Source: Lachnospiraceae bacterium
GTDB lineage: Bacteria; Bacillota; Clostridia; Lachnospirales; Lachnospiraceae
Direction of reading: 5' to 3'
Assembly (NCBI GenBank): GCA_017427685.1
Contig: JAFRSH010000027.1
Location: 2,477-66,476, forward strand
Length of the DNA stretch: 64,000 bases
The notes under the pieces were generated by a model, which saw only the letters and a program-made list of their open reading frames with translations, ran no database searches and was not told where the DNA came from. Of this stretch, positions 1 to 9,124 are shown piece by piece; within the stretch, counting starts at the first letter, position 1; the number at the start of each line of letters is the position of its first letter. The translations under genes and the position numbers were made by a program.

Positions 1-260
1 CAGTAACTTCGAAAACGTGTGAGAACTGCAAGCCAATTAAGAATGTTGAATCCGGAGTCATTGAGTTTGAGGACCTTTAAACCTGTCATGTCAAATTCGT
101 AGATATTGGCGATCCCGTCCGTGTTGTTGCCGCAAGCCCACTCTTTGGCCAGTTCGATACTTTCTGTGGTGTAAAAACCATATCCATAATCATTAGTTTT
201 TTTACTTCCGTTATATACAGGCTTCTCGATGATGTGATCTGAACCATGATATATGAGCAT
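1..260 (-). CDS. DUF3990-family protein, N-terminal part (3' end leaves the window)
   Basis: Hand translation of the minus strand from ATG at 258-260 gives MLIYHGSDHIIEKPVYNGSKKTNDYGYGFYTTESIELAKEWA..., with no stop before position 1. GGAGG lies 10 nt upstream (271-275 on the complement). Family recognised from the YHGS / YGFYTT pattern. Confidence 0.6.
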   Translation of the reverse strand, partial: MLIYHGSDHIIEKPVYNGSKKTNDYGYGFYTTESIELAKEWACGNNTDGIANIYEFDMTGLKVLKLNDSGFNILNWLAVLTRFRSY

Positions 261-426
261 AAGCGTTAACCCTCCTTTGCGAATATTGTATCGCTACAGC
301 GATACAATGTCAATGACTCTTTGAGGTTGATGATCAATCATGGATAGTTTTTATGTCACTTTACAAAAGGAGTGGGGTGTGTGAAAATCAATATAACTGT
401 ATGATGTGATAACAGGGGGTGCGGAA

Positions 427-3162
427 TTGAAAAGGATTGATCGTAATCAGAACTGGAAAATGCGGATTTTAGGGACTCCGAAAGAGCTTGATTGCCTGAC
501 TGAGAAGGGCAGGGCTCTCCTGGCGGACGGCGGCTTCCTGCCTGCCGAGGTTCCGGGCTCCGTTATAAACGATCTGTTAAACGCCGGTGCCATGGACGAA
601 CCCTACTACAGGGACAACGAGCTTAAGGCTCTGACGCTTATGAAGAACGATTTCGAGTATCACGGCACATTCGACGTTGATGCGGACGAGCTTCTCGACG
701 CGGACGATGTGATACTTCGCTTCAACGGACTTGATACGATCGCCGATATCACTCTCAATGGGCATAATCTCGGTTCCGTCAACAATATGCACCGAACATG
801 GGAGTACCATGTAAAGGATCTTTTGAAAACCGATGCTTTTGGAGCAGCATCTTCTCGAAATGAGTTGTTGATTTCTTTCAAGTCACCCGTAAATTATATT
901 GCGGAGCAGTACAAAGCCGATCCCGGAATCCTCGGAACGGAAGACGCGATGAGAGGCTTCCCCAAGATTAGAAAAGCACATTACATGTTCGGATGGGACT
1001 GGGGCCCCAGGATCCCGGATGCAGGTATCTGGAAGAGTGTTGAACTCCTGAAGGTTAAAAAGGCACGTCTTACAAGAGTCTACGTGCATCAGGATCTCAC
1101 GGATGACTACTCCGAAGCGACGTTACGGATCGAAGCCCTTGTGGAGGGCGCCGGATCCGAAAAGACGAAGGGTTCAAATAGCACAGCCACAGCCGGATCG
1201 TTTGGGACTGCGAGCTTTGGGGAAGGTGGCATACAGGTACTTGTTACCGTGACAGATCCCGATGGAAAGGTTATCTTCGACAGAGCAGATATCTACGCCG
1301 GAGATGATATATCCGCACATAATTCAAATAAGTCTTCTTCGGAAGAGCATGAAAGCAAGAGCGGAACAGTTAAGATCACGGGTAAGACTCTCGTGATAAA
1401 GAATCCCCGCCTCTGGTGGCCGAACGGACTCGGAGAACAGCCTCTTTACACGATTAATACTGAGCTTGTAGACGGAGATATGATCCTTGACAAAGACACC
1501 AAGCGTATCGGACTCCGCCGGCTCGAAGTGAGCACAGCGAAAGACGAGTACGGCTCGGAGTTTGCGCAGGTCATCAACGGCGTGAAGTTCTTCGCGATGG
1601 GTGCGGATTACATCCCCGAGGACAATATCCTCCCGAGAACAGGACGGGCACGCACCTTCGAGCTCCTGAAGCAGTGCGCCGATGCGAACTTCAACAGCAT
1701 CCGTGTCTGGGGCGGAGGACTCTATCCGACAGACGATTTCTACGACGCATGTGACGAACTCGGGCTTGTGGTATGGCAGGATTTCATGTTCGCATGCGCG
1801 AATTACAGACTTACTCCTGAATTTGAGGAAAACATAAAAGCGGAACTTGTGTGCCAGATCAGAAGACTTGCACATCACGCGAGCCTCGGACTCTGGTGCG
1901 GCAACAATGAGATGGAGCAGTTCGCGGGACAGGGCAGCTGGGGCGCGGACGATGCGATCAGAGCCGATTACCTCAGGATGTACGAAGACATCTTCCCTGC
2001 GATAGTGAAAGCTGAGGATCCCGACAGATTCTACTGGCCCGCTTCGCCCTCGAGCGGAGGAGGCTTTGACGATCCGAACTGTCCGGATCGCGGCGACACG
2101 CACTACTGGGATGTATGGCACGGAAACAAGCCTTTTACGGAGTACCGAAAGTTCTTCTTCAGATACCTTTCCGAATTCGGCTTCCAGTCCTTCCCTTCGA
2201 TCAGGACGGTTGAGAGCTTTACGCTTCCCGCGGACAGAAACGTTTTCTCGTATGTCATGGAGAAGCATCAAAGGAACGCGGCTGCAAACGGCAAGATCAT
2301 GAACTACATGGAGCAGACCTTCCTTTACCCCTGCGATCTTGACTTGTTCATATATGCGTCGCAGCTCATGCAGGCCGAAGCAATCCGCTACGGAGTCGAG
2401 CACTTCAGACGCAACCGCGGAAGGTGCATGGGAACCGTGTACTGGCAGCTCAACGATTGCTGGCCGGTGGCTTCCTGGTCGTCGATCGATTACTACGGCA
2501 GATGGAAGGCGCTGCATTATTACGCGAGAAGGTTCTTCACGCCGCTTATGATCTCGTGCGAAGAGGAAGGACTCTTAAGTCAGAGCCTCAATGTCAACGA
2601 GGAGCCTTTCGAAGTCAAAAAGTCGATCCGCCTGAACGTGGCGAACGAATCCATGACCGAGAGAGTGTGCGAGATCAGATGGCAGCTCAGAAATGCGCAA
2701 GCGGAAGTACTCAGGGAAGAAAGCACGTCGGTCAAGGTAGAACCCATGTCGGCGCTGTGGCTTGAGAAGGTCGAACTCCCGGAGGCAAGGATCTACGAGG
2801 ACTACGTGAGCTACCAACTCCTTGAGAACGGTGAGATCGTTTCGGAGGGTACGGTTCTATTCTGCGCTCCGAAGCACTTCGGGTTTGATGATCCGGGACT
2901 CGCGGTTAAGATTGAGAAAACAGATAAACCCGCTGCTTTAACCGGAGCGGATGAAACGGAGCGATCCGGCGAATCAGACAGCGGGTATGAGATCGTGGTA
3001 TCCAGCGAACATTACGCGAAAGGCGTCGAGATCAGAAACGAGAGCGACGATCTCGTGCTTTCGGACAATTTCTTTGACTTGAACGGCGGCGAGAAGCGCG
3101 TCAAAGTTTTAAAGGGTGACCCGACAGGGGTGAGCGTCAGAAGCGTGTGGTCGATAAGGTGA
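427..3162 (+). CDS. Beta-mannosidase, glycoside hydrolase family 2
   Basis: 918-aa ORF 406..3162 with GH2 beta-mannosidase-like blocks (FNGLDTIADITLNGHNLG, HYMFGWDWGP, WQDFMFACA, WCGNNE, YWQLNDCWP). Start set at TTG 427 (MKRIDRNQNWK...), preceded by GGGGG; the start is uncertain. Confidence 0.85.
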   Translation: MKRIDRNQNWKMRILGTPKELDCLTEKGRALLADGGFLPAEVPGSVINDLLNAGAMDEPYYRDNELKALTLMKNDFEYHGTFDVDADELLDADDVILRFNGLDTIADITLNGHNLGSVNNMHRTWEYHVKDLLKTDAFGAASSRNELLISFKSPVNYIAEQYKADPGILGTEDAMRGFPKIRKAHYMFGWDWGPRIPDAGIWKSVELLKVKKARLTRVYVHQDLTDDYSEATLRIEALVEGAGSEKTKGSNSTATAGSFGTASFGEGGIQVLVTVTDPDGKVIFDRADIYAGDDISAHNSNKSSSEEHESKSGTVKITGKTLVIKNPRLWWPNGLGEQPLYTINTELVDGDMILDKDTKRIGLRRLEVSTAKDEYGSEFAQVINGVKFFAMGADYIPEDNILPRTGRARTFELLKQCADANFNSIRVWGGGLYPTDDFYDACDELGLVVWQDFMFACANYRLTPEFEENIKAELVCQIRRLAHHASLGLWCGNNEMEQFAGQGSWGADDAIRADYLRMYEDIFPAIVKAEDPDRFYWPASPSSGGGFDDPNCPDRGDTHYWDVWHGNKPFTEYRKFFFRYLSEFGFQSFPSIRTVESFTLPADRNVFSYVMEKHQRNAAANGKIMNYMEQTFLYPCDLDLFIYASQLMQAEAIRYGVEHFRRNRGRCMGTVYWQLNDCWPVASWSSIDYYGRWKALHYYARRFFTPLMISCEEEGLLSQSLNVNEEPFEVKKSIRLNVANESMTERVCEIRWQLRNAQAEVLREESTSVKVEPMSALWLEKVELPEARIYEDYVSYQLLENGEIVSEGTVLFCAPKHFGFDDPGLAVKIEKTDKPAALTGADETERSGESDSGYEIVVSSEHYAKGVEIRNESDDLVLSDNFFDLNGGEKRVKVLKGDPTGVSVRSVWSIR

Positions 3163-3894
3163 TCACTTTACGATAGTGACCTTACCGAACTGTACGGTAT
3201 CGAGAAGATCCTGGTTTGCCACGATCTGATACTGACGCTTCAATTCTTCATAAACGAGATCGATGCCTTTCCTAAGGTAGCTGGCCTTGTCCTCTTCGGT
3301 CTCGATAGCGATGAACTCTTCCTTCTGGGAGAGTTTTTCTCTTATGGAATCCTCATACTTGAGCGCAAGCTCCTGAGTCCTGAGTGCGGCGTCGATCCCG
3401 TCAACCGTGATCCCACTCTGCTTGACCTGCTCCTCCGTGAAAGAGTCGAAGGTGAGCTGTGCGGTAACGCGGCACTCCTCGAGTTCGTCGCTGCTGAGTG
3501 TCATGCCGGCATCGAGAGCTGCGTTCTTGGCGATCTCGTAGTAAACGACCGTCTCTTCAACGAGCGACTTGTAGTGGTCGGCCTCGGTCTGTGTATCGTC
3601 GTACTTCTGAGCGAGGTAGTCGCCGGTGAAACCGAGCTCCTGCTCGTAGCTCTGCATCATCGCCTGAGCGACAAGCTCGTAATAAGCAACGAAGTAAAGG
3701 TACTTGCCGTAGGAGATCGATGATCTTCCGAGGTCGTAGACGATCTCTGTGTTGTCGCTGTAGGGATCGGTCGACTTTTCGAAGGGCTTGCGGCTGTCAC
3801 CCGAGCATCCCGTAAGGAAGACCGAAACACTCATAACGCAGACGAGCAGTAAAGCAATGATCCTTTTCTGTATGTTCTGTGCTGAAGTTTTCAT
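3163..3894 (-). CDS. Putative lipoprotein of unknown function (helical, chaperone-like)
   Basis: Signal peptide with lipobox: LLVCVMSVSVFLTGC. ATG at 3894 follows GGGGAA. No catalytic motif recognised. Confidence 0.6.
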   Translation of the reverse strand: MKTSAQNIQKRIIALLLVCVMSVSVFLTGCSGDSRKPFEKSTDPYSDNTEIVYDLGRSSISYGKYLYFVAYYELVAQAMMQSYEQELGFTGDYLAQKYDDTQTEADHYKSLVEETVVYYEIAKNAALDAGMTLSSDELEECRVTAQLTFDSFTEEQVKQSGITVDGIDAALRTQELALKYEDSIREKLSQKEEFIAIETEEDKASYLRKGIDLVYEELKRQYQIVANQDLLDTVQFGKVTIVK

Positions 3895-4056
3895 GTGAAA
3901 TTCCCCATTCAATGATTTAATGCTTATGTGTGCTGCCGGAATTCACGGCCGGCACGATTCCGGTGCCTGAAACCGACATGCAACATTATATGTCATGATC
4001 TCTTTCAAGGCAAGGATAACCTACAGTATTTCACGCTCTTTTCACGATTTCCATCT

Positions 4057-4084
4057 TTGCCGGGGACGGGATTTGTGGTACAAT
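4057..4084 (+). promoter_or_regulatory. Candidate sigma-A promoter upstream of cysK
   Basis: TTGCCG, 16-nt spacer, TGgTACAAT (extended -10). Leaves a leader of about 150 nt before cysK. Confidence 0.4.
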
Positions 4085-4240
4085 ATAAGTTGTGACTTCA
4101 TGCAAACCTGTCGGGCAGACGCTTATGTGATAAGCCTTGCATCACCCACAGACACGGCGAAGCGGAAGTTACGCACAAAAGTTGAAGAGGAGTATGGCTT
4201 TCCGTAGTGACAGTTGACGCGGAAGACCGGCAACAAAGAG

Positions 4241-5143
4241 ATGTACTACACAAACGTTTTGGATCTGATAGGAAACACACCGCTCGTCAGCCTTGAGCAG
4301 ACGACAGGACTTCAGATCTTTGCAAAAGCTGAATTCTTAAATCCCGGAGGAAGTATTAAGGACAGGATCGCCCTTAACATGATAAATCAGGCAGAGAAGG
4401 ACGGGAAGCTGAAGCCCGGCATGACGATCATCGAGCCCACATCGGGCAACACAGGCATCGGACTTGCTCTGTGCGGAGTCAGGAAAGGTTACCGCGTCAT
4501 CATCGTAATGCCGGAGAACATGAGCGAGGAACGCAAGAAGATCATCAAGGCACTCGGTGCCGAACTCGTGCTCACCGACCCCAAGCTCAGTATCGGCGGT
4601 TCGGTAGACAAGGCTCTTGAGATCGCGGCATCGTCGGACGAGTACTTCGTTCCCCAGCAGTTCCAGAACCCCGCGAACCCCGAGATGCACTACAGGACGA
4701 CCGCAGTCGAGCTCACGGAGCAGCTCGGGCGTAAGATCGATATCTACGTTTCGGGTATCGGCAGCGGCGGAACGCTTCAGGGCGTTGCCAAGTACCTGCT
4801 CGAGAAGAACCCGGAGTGCAAGATTGTGGCAGTTGAGCCCAAGAACGTTTCGGCACTTCTCGGAGACGAGCCCGGACTTCATCAGATCCAGGGTATCGGT
4901 GACGGATTCATCCCCGACATCCTCGACACCAAGATCATCACGGACATCGTCGAAGTTAGCGACGAGGACGCCATCAATACAGCACGTGAGCTTGCCAGAG
5001 TTCAGGGACTTCTCGTCGGAACATCGTCGGGAGCGAACGTTTGGGCAGCCAAGCTCATGGCACAGAAGTACGGCAAGGACAAGGTTATCGCCACAATCCT
5101 CGCCGACCGCGCAGAGAGGTATTTCAGCACGGCTCTCATCTGA
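4241..5143 (+). CDS. cysK: Cysteine synthase A (O-acetylserine sulfhydrylase)
   Basis: PLP-enzyme motifs NPGGSIKDRIA and PTSGNTGIGLA, with a GSGGT loop. ATG 4241 gives MYYTNVLDLIGNTPLV. Confidence 0.9.
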   Translation: MYYTNVLDLIGNTPLVSLEQTTGLQIFAKAEFLNPGGSIKDRIALNMINQAEKDGKLKPGMTIIEPTSGNTGIGLALCGVRKGYRVIIVMPENMSEERKKIIKALGAELVLTDPKLSIGGSVDKALEIAASSDEYFVPQQFQNPANPEMHYRTTAVELTEQLGRKIDIYVSGIGSGGTLQGVAKYLLEKNPECKIVAVEPKNVSALLGDEPGLHQIQGIGDGFIPDILDTKIITDIVEVSDEDAINTARELARVQGLLVGTSSGANVWAAKLMAQKYGKDKVIATILADRAERYFSTALI

Positions 5144-5204
5144 GACAGAGAGTATTTCGTAAGGGATCGGAAGCCGGACATAACGCTTCCGGGAGGAGGA
5201 CTGA

Positions 5205-5534
5205 ATGGATTGCACGAAGTGTCAGTCGCTCATCGAGAGTTTCCTGAAACAGTCGCTTACTCCCGTTGAGAACGAGGAATTCATCAGACACGTGAAGGGC
5301 TGTTCGGATTGCTACGGCGAGCTCGAGGTCTACCACATGGTCAACACCGTCGTCACGCAGCTCGACAGCGGCAGTGAGGAAGAGGACATCGACTACAAGG
5401 AGACCCTCGCACGCATGCTCAGCCGCGCCGACACCCAGAAGCGCAGGAGACGCTTCGCGCGTTACGTGTTCATCACGGTGGTCGTGACACTTCTGATAAT
5501 TATTTACTTCCTGATCCGCGGGATAGTTTTTTAA
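5205..5534 (+). CDS. Putative zf-HC2 anti-sigma factor, single-pass membrane protein
   Basis: N-terminal C-x2-C ... H-x3-C-x2-C pattern (MDCTKCQ...RHVKGCSDCYGELEV). Basic stretch, then a C-terminal TM helix (YVFITVVVTLLIIIYFLI). Confidence 0.55.
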   Translation: MDCTKCQSLIESFLKQSLTPVENEEFIRHVKGCSDCYGELEVYHMVNTVVTQLDSGSEEEDIDYKETLARMLSRADTQKRRRRFARYVFITVVVTLLIIIYFLIRGIVF

Positions 5535-5543
5535 GGATTGATT

Positions 5544-8357
5544 ATGGGACAGAGAAACGATAAAGACACGCTTTTGATCATAGACGGTTCGAGCCTGCTC
5601 ACCACCATGTTCTTCGGGAACCTCCCTAGGGAGATCCTCTTTGCGAAGACTGATGAGGAGAAGGAGAAGTACTTCTACAAGATCATGCAGAACTCGAGGG
5701 GAGTGTACACGAACGCGATCTTCGGATTCTTCAGGACGCTCTTCAAGATCCTTTCGGGCGGAGCACGTCCGAAGTACCTTGCGATCGCCTGGGATATGGG
5801 TCGCGACACCTTCCGCAGGAAGATCGACAGCTCCTACAAAGCAAACCGCAAATCAACCATGAAGCCGCTCTCACAGCAGTTTGAGAGGATCGAGGCAATG
5901 CTCGACGCAGCCGGCTTCAGGCAGTTCATGAGCGAGGACTATGAGGCGGACGACTTCGCCGGGACACTTGCGTCCCGCTTCGAAGACGAAGTCAACGTCA
6001 GGATAATGACCAAGGACAACGACTATCTTCAGCTCGTCAGCGAGAACACGCACCTCTTCCTGATGCACTCTACACAGGAGAAGACGGACGAGCTCTACAA
6101 GAAGTACGGTATCGAGAAGAAGAGCACCGTGCCCGATCGTTGTTTTGAGTACGACCCCGAGCTCGTTGAGAAGGAATTCATGATCAAGCCCGCTTCGGTG
6201 CCCGATCTCAAGGGCCTCATGGGCGATACATCGGACAACATCAAAGGTATAAAGGGCGTCGGCGGTGAGACCGCAGCCAAAATGATCGCACACTACGGTA
6301 CGATCGAGGCGATGTACGAGGAGATCGGTCCCCTGCCCATCACACCGGCACGCCAGAAGGAACTCACGGAGCTCTTTAAGAGCTTCGGCATCAACAGACC
6401 GCCCATCAAGCTCCTCACCAAACAGGACGAAGAGGGCTGCGCGCGTGACGACGCCATGAAGAGCAAGCAGCTCGCGACCATCAAGCGCGACATCGACCTC
6501 GGAGACCTGCAGCTCGCAGACCTTGAGATCGCCTCGAAGTTCTCGAGGATGGATCTCATCAGAGAGTTCGAAGACCTCGAGATCAAGGCTCTTAAGGTAC
6601 CTACGCTTATGGGCACCGAGGGCGAGTATGACAGGGCTGTTGCGGAAGAAGAATTACAGTTTACATACATTGAAGATAAGAAAGCACTCGAAAAGGTGCT
6701 TGAAGAGATAAAAAGCGACGAAGGAACTTCTGACAAAGTTGTCGGTCTGGAAGCCATCCCCGACGGGGACGGATCCTTTAAGGCACTCGCGGTCTGGACG
6801 GGTAAGGACGGCTTCGTGGTAAGTCGCGACACTCTCGAAGAACCCGGTACGGACAGCGTGATAGCCGGGATAGCAAAGAGCGTGCTCATAAGCGTTAAGG
6901 GCCTCAAGAGCTTTTACAGGATGACAGGGATCAGCGAGCTCACGAACGTTCACGACACGGAGCTTGCCGACTACCTCCTGAACCCCGAGGGAGCGGACTC
7001 CGGTGAGGACGATGACGCACCCGGACAGAAGCCCTCGAGATCGAAGACCAAGGAGCTTCAGGACAAGGACTACGTGGCATCGGCCAAGATGAATGCCGAA
7101 AACGCGCTCCCGCAGCGCAAAGCGATCGAAGACACGGGCATGACCTACGTGCTCGAGGAGATCGAGAAGCCGCTTGCTTACGTGCTCGCGTGCATGGAGA
7201 AGGAGGGCGTGCTCCTCGACACCGGGGCACTCGCGGAATTCGCGGCATCCCTCGAGAAGGATATCGCAGAGACACAGCGTAAGATCTACGAGCGTGCGGG
7301 CGAAGAGTTTAACATCAACTCACCGAAGGCACTCGGCACGATCCTCTTCGAGAAGATGAGGCTGCCGAGCGGCAAGAAGACGAAGACAGGTTACTCGACA
7401 TCGGCACAGGTGCTCGAGAAGATCAGACTTGAGGATCCGATCATTGAGATGATCCTCACATACAGACAGCTCTTTAAGCTGAACTCGACCTACGCAACCG
7501 CGCTTCCGGGCTACATGGGCGCGGACGGCAGGATCAGGACGAGCTTCAACCAGACAGCGACGGCGACGGGCAGACTCAGCAGCAGCGACCCGAACCTTCA
7601 GAACATCCCGATCCGCTCGGACAAGGGAAAGCTCATCAGGAGGGCTTTCGTTGCGGACAAGGGCAAGGTGCTCGTGGACGCCGACTACTCACAGATAGAA
7701 CTGAGGATCCTCTCGTCCATGTCGGGTGACGAGAAGCTGATCGCGTCATACAGGAACCATGTGGACATCCACGCCGCGACCGCGGCCGAGGTATTCCATG
7801 TGCCCCTCGACCAAGTTACAGACAAAGAAAGAAGCCGTGCGAAGGCAGTCAACTTCGGTATCGTATACGGCATCAGTTCCTTCGGACTCGGTACGGGACT
7901 CGATATCTCGAGGGCGGAGGCGCAGAGCTACATCGATGCTTACTTCCTCACTTACCCGACGGTCCGCAGTTACCTCGACGGACTTATCGCTTCGGCGAGG
8001 GACAAGGGCTACTCCGTGACACTGTTCGGAAGACGCAGGCCGATCGCGGACATCTCGTCGCCGAACTTCGTGAAGCGCAGCTTCAGCGAGAGGATCGCGA
8101 TGAACGCACCGATCCAGGGTACGGCGGCCGACATCATGAAGATCGCGATGATCAGAGTGTTCAGGCGACTCGCAAAAGAACTCCCGGATGCCAAGCTCAT
8201 CCTTCAGGTTCACGACGAACTGCTTGTCGAAGTCGATGAGAAGGACGCGCAGAAAGCTGCCAAGATCCTTGAGGAAGAGATGAAAGCTTCCGCTGATCTT
8301 GCGGTAGAGCTCGAGGTTGGTATCGGAACAGGAACCAACTGGGGGGATGCGCACTAA
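5544..8357 (+). CDS. polA: DNA polymerase I
   Basis: 5' nuclease N-terminus (LLIIDGSSLL, GVGGETAAKMI). Family-A polymerase motifs DYSQIELRIL, KAVNFGIVYG and QVHDELLVE. Confidence 0.95.
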   Translation: MGQRNDKDTLLIIDGSSLLTTMFFGNLPREILFAKTDEEKEKYFYKIMQNSRGVYTNAIFGFFRTLFKILSGGARPKYLAIAWDMGRDTFRRKIDSSYKANRKSTMKPLSQQFERIEAMLDAAGFRQFMSEDYEADDFAGTLASRFEDEVNVRIMTKDNDYLQLVSENTHLFLMHSTQEKTDELYKKYGIEKKSTVPDRCFEYDPELVEKEFMIKPASVPDLKGLMGDTSDNIKGIKGVGGETAAKMIAHYGTIEAMYEEIGPLPITPARQKELTELFKSFGINRPPIKLLTKQDEEGCARDDAMKSKQLATIKRDIDLGDLQLADLEIASKFSRMDLIREFEDLEIKALKVPTLMGTEGEYDRAVAEEELQFTYIEDKKALEKVLEEIKSDEGTSDKVVGLEAIPDGDGSFKALAVWTGKDGFVVSRDTLEEPGTDSVIAGIAKSVLISVKGLKSFYRMTGISELTNVHDTELADYLLNPEGADSGEDDDAPGQKPSRSKTKELQDKDYVASAKMNAENALPQRKAIEDTGMTYVLEEIEKPLAYVLACMEKEGVLLDTGALAEFAASLEKDIAETQRKIYERAGEEFNINSPKALGTILFEKMRLPSGKKTKTGYSTSAQVLEKIRLEDPIIEMILTYRQLFKLNSTYATALPGYMGADGRIRTSFNQTATATGRLSSSDPNLQNIPIRSDKGKLIRRAFVADKGKVLVDADYSQIELRILSSMSGDEKLIASYRNHVDIHAATAAEVFHVPLDQVTDKERSRAKAVNFGIVYGISSFGLGTGLDISRAEAQSYIDAYFLTYPTVRSYLDGLIASARDKGYSVTLFGRRRPIADISSPNFVKRSFSERIAMNAPIQGTAADIMKIAMIRVFRRLAKELPDAKLILQVHDELLVEVDEKDAQKAAKILEEEMKASADLAVELEVGIGTGTNWGDAH

Positions 8358-8440
8358 GCCCGGAAGAGAAACAGAGAGTTACCCCGGCGACAAAGATCGG
8401 CTGTTTATAATCATAATAATCAGAATTCAGGTGTACGTTT

Positions 8441-9088
8441 ATGGCTGTGATCGGAATAACAGGCGGAGCGGGCTCGGGCAAGTCCTTTGTGGCGGCGCTC
8501 GCGGCAGAGAACTTTGACATGCTCCACATTGATACGGACAGGCTTGCACGGACGCAGATGATGCCGGGCGGAGCTTCCTACGCGGGAGTTGCGGAGGCAT
8601 TTCCGGACTGCCTGTGTGAATGTAAAGATAATACGGATCTTCCCGAGATAGACCGTGCAGCGCTTGCTAAGAAGGTGTTCGGGAACAAGGAGCTTCTCGG
8701 GAAGCTGAACGGACTCACGCATCCCCATGTCAGGGAGACTGTCGAGTCGCTCATAGAGGGCTCGAAAGGACTGTTTACTCATGTTCTCATCGAAACGGCG
8801 ATACTCGCCGACGCAGGGTACTGTCCGATCTGCGACGCGGTCTGGCTTGTGACCGCACCCGAAGAGGACAGGAAGAAGAGACTCACCGAGCGCGGATACG
8901 ACGAAGCGAGGATCGAGAGCGTGTTCGGATCGCAACCGTCGGACGACGAGTACAGAAAGACCTCCACACACGAGATCCGGAACGGTTCGGACGCCGACGA
9001 GGAGAACATCATCGCACAGATAAAAGAGATACTCAAGAGCATGGGTGCGGACGAGATCTTGTCAGACGATGACGACGAGGACGAGTAA
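8441..9088 (+). CDS. coaE: Dephospho-CoA kinase
   Basis: P-loop MAVIGITGGAGSGKS, the right length and the usual position after polA. Acidic C-terminal tail. Confidence 0.85.
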   Translation: MAVIGITGGAGSGKSFVAALAAENFDMLHIDTDRLARTQMMPGGASYAGVAEAFPDCLCECKDNTDLPEIDRAALAKKVFGNKELLGKLNGLTHPHVRETVESLIEGSKGLFTHVLIETAILADAGYCPICDAVWLVTAPEEDRKKRLTERGYDEARIESVFGSQPSDDEYRKTSTHEIRNGSDADEENIIAQIKEILKSMGADEILSDDDDEDE

Positions 9089-9124
9089 GAAGATACAGAT
9101 TGTTCATAATTTGAGGAGGGTTTT

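Noticed and set aside
1324-2517. 397-aa minus-strand ORF inside the beta-mannosidase gene. Similar long antisense ORFs occur at 4337..5215, 9980..10912, 12736..13374, 14405..15058, 16123..16932, 20248..20886, 28681..29598, 33371..34435, 38051..39175, 39310..40110, 42546..43082, 45075..45806, 47058..48191, 59092..60359 and 60896..61606.
   Set aside because: Each lies fully antisense to, or out of frame with, an ORF that has strong family motifs. They show Arg/Ser/Leu-rich shadow composition, no RBS and no recognisable domains, as expected for shadow ORFs in moderately GC-rich coding DNA.
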